The position numbers and the translations under genes are program-made. The notes under the pieces were generated by a model, which searched no databases, was not told the DNA's origin, and saw nothing but the letters and a program-made list of their open reading frames with translations. From Flaccisagitta enflata (taxonomy: Eukaryota), in contig OZ231126.1 of assembly GCA_965153355.1 (NCBI GenBank), forward strand, positions 11,966,001 through 12,030,000: DNA of 64,000 nt, in the 5' to 3' direction. Positions 12,301 through 64,000 of the stretch are shown here, piece after piece (the stretch's first letter is position 1; every line of letters begins with the position of its first letter).

Positions 12301-15300
12301 CGTCAGCAGCAATGGCTGCGGACAATGAGGTGGTCAAAGGCAATAAGCGAGTCGTGGAACTGGAGAAGCAGCTTGAAAAGGAGAAGCAGGCCTGTGCGAT
12401 GAAGGCTAAGAAGAAAGAGGAAGCCGTGGAACGCGCAAAGGCGGCTATGGCCGTCGACTTTAAAACTGCGTCCGCTGTGCGCCCCATTTCGACTGGCGCC
12501 GAATTGCGATGCAGCATCTCCACCTCCAGCGTCTTCTCCTGCAGAAGAAAAGTCGGTCAGCAGATCCTGTCGCAAAAGACGCTCCCAAGCCTGGAAATAA
12601 GAAAAATCGAACCAGGCCTTGGAAAATCAGACCGCCAGTTAAACACTGATTGGTGCCACGCAGTTGCTGTTCAATTTAACTACGAATTTGCAACATGGCG
12701 TGGAGAGCGCCGCCATTCGCTGAGGATCGTATTCCACCATCACATCCTCATCCCATCGATGGACAGGCCGGCCAAGTCGGGGGCGCTACCGGGCGTGGGG
12801 AATGACGTCCGCCGGGGCCTGCGAAAACGCCCGCAGTATCATGGTTTGGGAAGGGTTGAGGTTGAGTTTTTGTGGTAAATTTGAATCTGTGTACGATAAG
12901 AACTTTACTAATCAATCTGCCCCATTTTTTTCTCTTTCTTTCTTCCTTCGGGAGGACATATTCTCAGACGGCTGCACCACCTGCTTTCGATGCGGTCGCC
13001 GTTGACGACTTCATTCATCGCCTTCGCCCACGGATTGACGAGGTGTTGGAGCCCCGAATGACCCGCTCGTCTCTGTAATGGAGAAGGCGCAGGTGATGTG
13101 GTCGTTCCATGATGCTTGCTGTTTTTTTTTTACCTTACAGATTCGTTTTTATATATAGTTAGTAACTTATTTATTTTGTCTTGTTTTGTTTGGTTCCTTG
13201 GAACATGTACATTTTTGTTTTGTTTGTTTTAGACATGGTCTTTTTAGTCATTATTACGAATACTTTCGTATGACATGTTTTAGTAGTATGCCCCTACTCA
13301 TTATTTTCCACTCTTAAGTCAAATCCCAGGCTTGAGTGCTCAGGTCGTTCCCCTTTCCCTCATCTCCTAACTTTTACAGAGCGGGTGCCTCAACCTCCTC
13401 CTCGCCGCCTCGTCTCCATCCCGTCATCGTGATGGTTGAAAATTTGCTGGTGGTGGATCCTTTCCGGACGGGAATCATCATTCGTGCAGTCATCGATCTG
13501 TTGATAGTTAGGGTGGGACAAGAGGCGGTGGACGAGGGGCAGGGGCTGTGTGTAAATTTTTTAAGGAAGGTAGTATCGGTTTTTAGCAGGGTTTCCGACT
13601 GGAAACTAGGTGTTTGATTTTTGAAATTCGTGAAATTCCAAAATGGGGCAGAATGTTAGAAATGTATGTCCGTCCGTTTCTTAAGTATGTGTGCTTTTGT
13701 CTTTTATGCTTTTGGCTTTTCCTCTTTCTCTATTATTCAATGCCAGCGTCTTTTTGTTTCGCCATTTTTATATTGACGCTAGATGGGTAACCATATGGTT
13801 GCGCCTTGTATTTTGTGCCATTTGTTTTTATTACGTAGGCATACATACGTAACTCGTCTTTCGTATCATCCAATTTTTGGATTGATTGATTTTATTTATT
13901 TGCGGCATTGCTTCTTAAAGTGATTGATTGATTTTTCGTGATCGATTGAATGCGCCTGGAATCACCACTTTCAATAATCTCTCATCTTTTTCTTGCAGAT
14001 AAACTTATGAACGGACAATTAACGTTAGTTTGACATCGACAGACTGTGGGTTGAAACCAACGAAAGTGGGCCTAAAAGTAAGTTTTATAGACGCGTCTTT
14101 TCTTTTATTAACGTTGTTTTTATCTTGTCTTCCGGTCTGTTATTTTTGTCTTTTGCCCTTTTGCATTTTTATCGCCGGATTTTAGTATGGTTTTTATCGC
14201 TTGCCCGATCAGCTTGCTATAGGGATGATATGGATGAATTTAATGGGATGGGCCGGGGCAGGGGCAGGTATTATCAGGTGGCATGGGCTCTGAAGAAGAT
14301 GAACATGTTGTCATGTGCTGTTTCTGTCCTTTATTGTGTCCTGTCTCGATTTCATGTTATCTTTTGCGTTTGCTGATCATCATTAACGCCCACTTTCCCT
14401 TTCATTTTTCCCCCTCTCTTCAGTTGTTGAAATTTTTATGGAATAAACGAGACGATCGCCTTCCTATTTTCCAATCGGCCAACTTTCTTTCACCACAAGT
14501 CGTCAGTCAGATAGACGCTCATAGACAGTGCCAGTTGAAACTCGTGGGCGTAATCATAACATACATGTGTTGAGTTCTTCCATTTGGAGACTCCATACCA
14601 AATTTCAACCAAATTGGTTGAAAAACGCCAAAGATATGCACATTTTTCACTTCTAGGCTGGTAGGCTGGTTTGGTGGTAGGCTGGTTTGACAGGATAAAT
14701 AGTGTGCATATGTTGAGTTCTTCTATCTAGAGACTCCATACTAAGTTTCAACCAAATTAGTTGAAAAATGACAAAGTTATGCAAGTTTTTCACTTTTTGG
14801 TCGGTAGGCTGGTTGGGTGGTAGGTCGGTTTGGCCAGTTAGCATGCTCAAATGCATATGAATCATATACATATGTTGAGTCCTTCCATTTAGAGACTCCA
14901 TACAGTGGGGTTCGTGGAATAACAGCCTAAACTGGAGGAAGGTATTTAAGTGTCTTAATTTCATTTGACAAACTTGATATTTGAAATATAAGTTGTTCAC
15001 TTGATGCTTTTGTTGCTATGGAAACCAAAATTATTTTTTCAAACATTTATAACCACTAAAATACCAATATTTTGAAAAATATTGTCAGGGAACATTGCTC
15101 AAAATTAAATTTGCTACAACTTTCCCACAGTATGTCCTGTAAGAATATTGCTCGTTTAGCCGTTGCCAGGGAGCATCATTTAGCGGTTGCTAGGTGTGAT
15201 GCCCCCTAGCAACGGCCAAACGAGCAATATTCTTACAGAACATACTGTGGGAAAGTTGTAGCAAATTTAATTTTGAGCAATATTCCCTGAAAACATTTCT

Positions 15301-15963
15301 CAAAATATTGATATTTTAGTGGTTATAAATGTTTGAAAAAATAATTTTGGTTTCCATAGCAACCGAAAAACTCAGGGACAAAAGCATCGAGTGAACAACT
15401 TATATTTCAAATATCAAGTTTGTCAAATGAAATAAGACACTTAAATACCTTCCTCCAGTTTAGGCTGTTATTCCATGAACCCCACTGTACCAAATTTCAG
15501 CCGAATTGGTTGAAAAATGTCAAAGTTATGCACATTTTTCTCTTTTAGGCCGGTAGGCTGGTTGGGCTGGTTGGGTTGGTTGGATCACAAAAATCGGATA
15601 GGATGTAAAGCGCCTTAACCTAGTACAACTTCCCACCAAATATGAACCAAATCGGTCAAAGCATAAAAAAGTTATCCATTTTTTAAAATCCGTGACGACG
15701 ACAACGACGACAACGACGACAACGACGACGACACCCACCCGCCTTGAATTATAGTCCGCGTCGGAATGATATTCCGTCGCGGACAAAAATGAATCATTGA
15801 CTAAAACGTGTCTTCATCGGGTTTGTCATTTACATAATTACATCCTTTTTTTACCTGGCGTGATGTCGCCGTTTGTTGTGACCACAAGTCCGAAGACGAT
15901 TTGAATAACGCAAAAAATAAACGCAAAAAGGAGCTTCAATTTCAACGGCAAAACAAATCGTGA
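356..15963 (-). CDS. Pancreatic-lipase-family gene, 5' part: candidate signal-peptide exon 15855-15963 and exon 356-582; gene continues beyond the window start
   Basis: Exon 582-356 encodes ATRSLLTKCFDGEFEELGCFRSRFFLVPEDPEVLKTDFLVNTRQNPD, resembling the lipase N-terminal C..LGCF...P..P....T.F.L.TR.NP motif; cag acceptor at 583-585. Exon 15963-15855 encodes a hydrophobic stretch (LKLLFAFIFCVIQIVFGLVVTTNG) and splices in phase 1 to it. The start codon was not located. Confidence 0.62.
1345..2258 (+). repeat. 5' LTR (TGTTAG...TAATCATA)
   Basis: Direct repeat of 13654-14558; contains Inr-like TCAGTT at 2120-2125 and AATAAA at 2142-2147. Confidence 0.95.
2259..2269 (+). promoter_or_regulatory. 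Putative self-priming primer-binding site (TTTCAACAATT)
   Basis: Abuts the 5' LTR, lacks the TGG of a tRNA-CCA PBS, and is complementary (one G-U pair) to AGTTGTTGAAA at 2122-2132. Confidence 0.6.
2323..6144 (+). CDS. gag: BEL/Pao Gag, 1273 aa, with long polyQ/low-complexity N-terminal region
   Basis: Intact ORF; C-terminal CNVCSGMHQTEEC / CFHCLAPGHNAKGC / CQTCKKRHATILH zinc-knuckle triplet typical of BEL/Pao. Confidence 0.93.
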   Translation: MAAARNDDTVSTASTSSRVSHFGLNQCPRSNRLRAMRNDITAEMEGCRRLFDAVSTCTEGTNDFDDTACESDGARHGLRDMVYDFISYARQMALDSMPGDPLRFAASTLRRIRREWDSMRFFDRENYPEGFPSNADIVNAVHNDIGNRKRPVNEFSWNSLPTDTHAARDNVTGAPTPRMRTSSPNPDGSEYLPLPVPRHGAQSPTGGQFLNLPPIQRGDAVNQWVSDLVSEIEPARASPMEQADDMLADLDDADALARGRGIINGLTPQERARRRFVNRSAERDRWGRQLEEEMRQGRRLIDDMQQQQREEEQRQQQEQQQHQLQMQQQQLQQQRQLHRPQEQQQTTAQRQQQELLQQQQLQQLQQFCQQDQQQHQILQPAPQPVAQQQQQHDQQQQQQQQQQQQELRQHQTAMQPHEQQQQRQNDAGEHMQQQLQQQQQPSAAIPAVVVDPPASNNHPVESMNVSEETEEERQQRLADQRLRMMAEGEGGGAATAPKAPIAVPLGFQQRSSSQEDKELYDRMCNFRQQQQRDEDRRAGVFNNAAEMQRKHWNSLNDGGIGGALEQRDVKLRQLSELDQQQPQHPPKDRRSIFRNFNPGLFNSNIQQRHVQSVETSVKQPMQQQQQLEQQQQQGQRQRQLQQQNEQQQRPDQQQQLQHQQWQQQRLQQQQQHQDQHHQTPAATILPTAPEVIFEKQIGSARRETGLPHQEEKVFNTAGSGGDATEAMRRRQKQEAADAKLAQQLQDKERRKVAPKKTMSGLQPKAPKVAQAPLATPQAEVIQQNQRLQQEVDSLKMQIQQRDFDLAAARAEERQREEKQQQRQYVRQDFDAPRFHQDDRQQQMNQQEEVGWSVKTTKKRSPVKVGGQYAFTQQPPAYHQVEHHQVARQPEVHVQMPNNPALDRFLERAAYNDLMRAREVGLKALERARPEKPLQELSSTDFMMWKRKFKDAEKHEGLTQMDILLELPKWFAGPAKEIIETATIDATEATARGEIDDAFAKMDVVFMARRCNIAALFNEIVAEAKIQSADHARHFNLSARLQKAKKIARTCGEVQQCYRDELLQEILNKRVPHLADKFWEKQHEAAQNGQLFSFDNLVNMIETWAVIQRNKGASCKTASVAAVATTEKEAPSSYEDALTNGKQKVQSTDRCNVCSGMHQTEECHQLLELEVDARVQKIMSRRLCFHCLAPGHNAKGCANRPTCQTCKKRHATILHGRTYKKEEKEEKKGENKQGNKVPLAPFKKSEDAAAAAPTAPSTTEAADPTEIISPNATA
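6145..10185 (+). CDS. pol: BEL/Pao Pol (protease, RT, RNase H, integrase); in frame with gag after UGA; frameshifted from about 8945 onward
   Basis: PR IDSGADRD; RT DIKAFFHQI, FGSQSS, YVDD; RNase H FCDA, PRVE, WSDS, NPADHCSRG; IN GILRVGSRL, H..H..CFRC, GLDVMG, TSDCGTN, LNRRPL; ends LVRLELDS* (TAA 10183-10185). Confidence 0.93.
10535..13078 (+). CDS. Accessory ORF(s) of the LTR element between pol and the 3' LTR; fragmented, function unknown
   Basis: GC-rich coding-like chain of plus-strand ORF pieces (10535-10714, 10724-11236, 11082-11582, 11643-11978, 12121-12402, 12312-12878, 12968-13078) inside the LTR boundaries; S/A/P/R-rich, then a K/E coiled-coil-like segment. Confidence 0.6.
13640..13653 (+). 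promoter_or_regulatory. Polypurine tract
   Basis: AAAATGGGGCAGAA immediately 5' of the 3' LTR. Confidence 0.75.
13654..14558 (+). repeat. 3' LTR
   Basis: Near-identical to 1345-2258; the visible differences cluster in the first ~320 bp. Confidence 0.95.
14903..15487. mobile_element. Palindromic MITE, Tc1/mariner-pogo type
   Basis: CAGTGGGGTTC...GAACCCCACTG termini; TA TSD (14901-14902, 15488-15489); the arms are complementary over nearly the whole length; removal restores the host repeat gagactccataccaaatttc. Confidence 0.9.
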
Positions 15964-16156
15964 CTGGACAAAACCTTACCTCTCACTGCAAAGAGAGGTG
16001 ATCAAAAGACTAATCAATACAAAATCGGCAGTCTTCTTGTTCCCAGGACCGTGAATACATTTTGAGGTTGATTTATGGATTCGTGTCGATTTGAATGAGA
16101 TAGCCTCTAATTCGCTCTTGAGTATCGAAGTGTCGGTTTCGTAATGTAGGTCAACG

Positions 16157-62370
<46,214 letters not shown>

Positions 62371-63441
62371 GTAAACTGGACCATTTTTTTTGCCTATCGG
62401 TTGGTCCATCCGTTAATCTGTTCGTAACCCTGCTTTTCTTGGTGCTTCTGATTTAGAATTAAATTATGTTGAGTGTTTCCTTTCACTCAAATGTAGGTTA
62501 AAAGTCCAACAGAAGGCCAACCTCAGATACACAAAACATAAATATAAACATACATATACGTACAAACACACATTATAGTGGAGTAGGACAGCAGATGGTC
62601 ACTGCAAATCCGGACCAAAGCGTGAATTTTTTTTTACATAATTCTCATGATGTATATGAAAGATTCAGAAGGGGTGCCCTCATATTCGGGCCCTTCGGGG
62701 GTCCCTAGGGGCCCCCAAAAAAGCCCGTTGAGAGAAATTTTTCAAAAAAGTATCTTCAAAAGGGGGGTCAAAACAATAGGAAATTACCTAATTTGCCTAG
62801 ATCCAAGGTCCTGTAGACAAAAATTTTTTTTCAAAAACTTAAAAATTTTTGGGTCGGGTTCCCCCAAATTTATCCGAAAATTATTTTGAAAAAAAAGTTC
62901 TCTGAAAGGGGGGTCAAATCAACTGGAAATGATCTAATTTGCCAAGATACAAAGCCCTGGAAAAAACTTTTTTTTTTTAAACTTGGCTGTTTTTGCCGGA
63001 TGGATGGACCAATGGACGGACCAATGGACAGGCCAACAGACTGACAAAACGGGATGTAGAGTCGCTTGCACGTGACTTCACACATTATAATCAGGTTTTT
63101 ATTGAGACTTAAGTGAATCATATCTGTAATAAAATGGTCAAAATAAAGACACAGTGTACAGAAAATCCACAGCAAACACAGCAAACACTTCAATGAATCT
63201 TGTCAAACAAAGTTTCTCCAGGTAGCAATACCTCATTCACTAGAAAAGGGGGGGGGGGCGGGATTGGGCAATTAGCCCTAAGTAGACTAAACAATCTGCT
63301 TTCATCTTTTAAAGAAATCATTTATCTTTTTTTTTTTACACATAATTAGCTTTTTATTGAGACTTAAGTGGATCATATTTGTAATGAAATGGTCAAAATA
63401 AAGATACACAACAAACACAGCAAACACTTCAATGAATCTTG

Positions 63442-64000
63442 TCAAACAAAGTCTCTCCAGGTAGCAATACTTTGTTCACTAGCATCTGTATTCCCTTGAG
63501 AGCATTTACATTTGCATAATTGTGTGCATGGTAGATCAGCAGATTTGCAACTGCACCTTTTTGTACTACAATCTTTTTTGCAACCACATTTTACAAGATC
63601 GCTGAAGCTTAGTGCAACTTCAGCAATAGTTATCCAAACTGGCTGCCACTGATTTTCCTTCTTTTGCCAACCAAACAAAGAGGCAGAGGGTAATGAACCA
63701 TGATCATCAAAAGATGTTACCCAAATTCCAGTTTGATACACAATTCTTTTTATATGCTGGATAAGTGCATTTTTTGTTGGTGGAAGCTTCTCCATGCTTG
63801 ATTTTTTTTGCAAAAAATCTCTTTTCTAGCATCATTAACTTTAAGCAAAGGTGATGACTTTATGTACATATATATAATAAACCTTTCAAGTGTTTCTACC
63901 TCTTTTGAATCATCCTCAATAGACAGAAATGGTTCAACTGCCAGATTCGCAAATGTTTCTGTTGCTTCATCAAATGCCTTCCAAGTATTCCAGGCTGGTT
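63442..64000 (-). pseudogene. C-terminus of a transposon-associated protein with a Tesmin/TSO1-like CXC Cys cluster; 1-nt frameshift near 63800
   Basis: AWNTWKAF...LERFIIYMY...VNDARKEIFCKK / MEKLPPTKNALIQHIKRIVYQTGIW...GW...CGCKKDCSTKRCSCKSADLPCTQLCKC; intronless and antisense within a CA8-like intron; superfamily not assigned. Confidence 0.7.

Larger units (their letters stand above)
1345..14558 (+). mobile_element. Full-length BEL/Pao (Belpaoviridae) LTR retrotransposon, 13.2 kb
   Basis: Two ~0.91-kb direct LTRs; TSD ACATA at 1340-1344 and 14559-14563; Gag with the triple Cys/His motif; Pol in the order PR-RT-RNaseH-IN with BEL-type motifs. Confidence 0.97.
953..15789 (-). mobile_element. 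Non-autonomous Helentron/DINE-1(HINE)-like element with internal ~180-bp degenerate tandem repeats; hosts the nested LTR element and a MITE
   Basis: Subterminal inverted repeat GTCCGCGACGG (975-985) / CCGTCGCGGAC (15774-15784); 5' hairpin 15754-15784; (GAC/AAC)n microsatellite near 15695-15732; A/T-runs at both ends; repeat units at 1063-1344 and 14559-15560 join seamlessly once the insertions are removed. Confidence 0.6.

Noticed and set aside
10186-13653. env gene call for the 3' accessory region
   Set aside because: No signal peptide, fusion peptide, Cys-rich ectodomain or transmembrane anchor is visible in the ORF fragments.

Overview
Repeat-rich metazoan (probably invertebrate) genomic DNA. 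Host genes, all assembled by eye from GT-AG sites with consistent phases: (i) the 5' part of a pancreatic-lipase-family gene on the minus strand; (ii) a divergently transcribed CA8/CARP VIII-like carbonic anhydrase-related gene on the plus strand (about 16.2 kb to beyond 62.4 kb); (iii) a complete 10-exon Aa_trans (SLC36/AVT-like) transporter gene nested antisense in the 23.6-kb intron of the CA8-like gene. The most unusual object is a full-length 13.2-kb BEL/Pao LTR retrotransposon (1345-14558, 5-bp TSD ACATA) inside a DINE/HINE-like element in the lipase intron. It has no tRNA-type PBS. Instead, the 11 nt after the 5' LTR are complementary to the predicted first 11 nt of its own transcript, which suggests Tf1-like self-priming. 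Its gag and pol are separated by an in-frame UGA-C followed by a GNRA hairpin (putative readthrough), Gag has a very long polyQ-rich N-terminal region, and a ~3.4-kb non-env accessory region with splice signals lies before the 3' LTR. The rest of the window is MITEs (TA, 4-, 8- and 9-bp TSDs), many Helentron/DINE-like short elements, microsatellites and tandem copies of exon-intron junctions. Many long ORFs in the ORF track are microsatellite artefacts.
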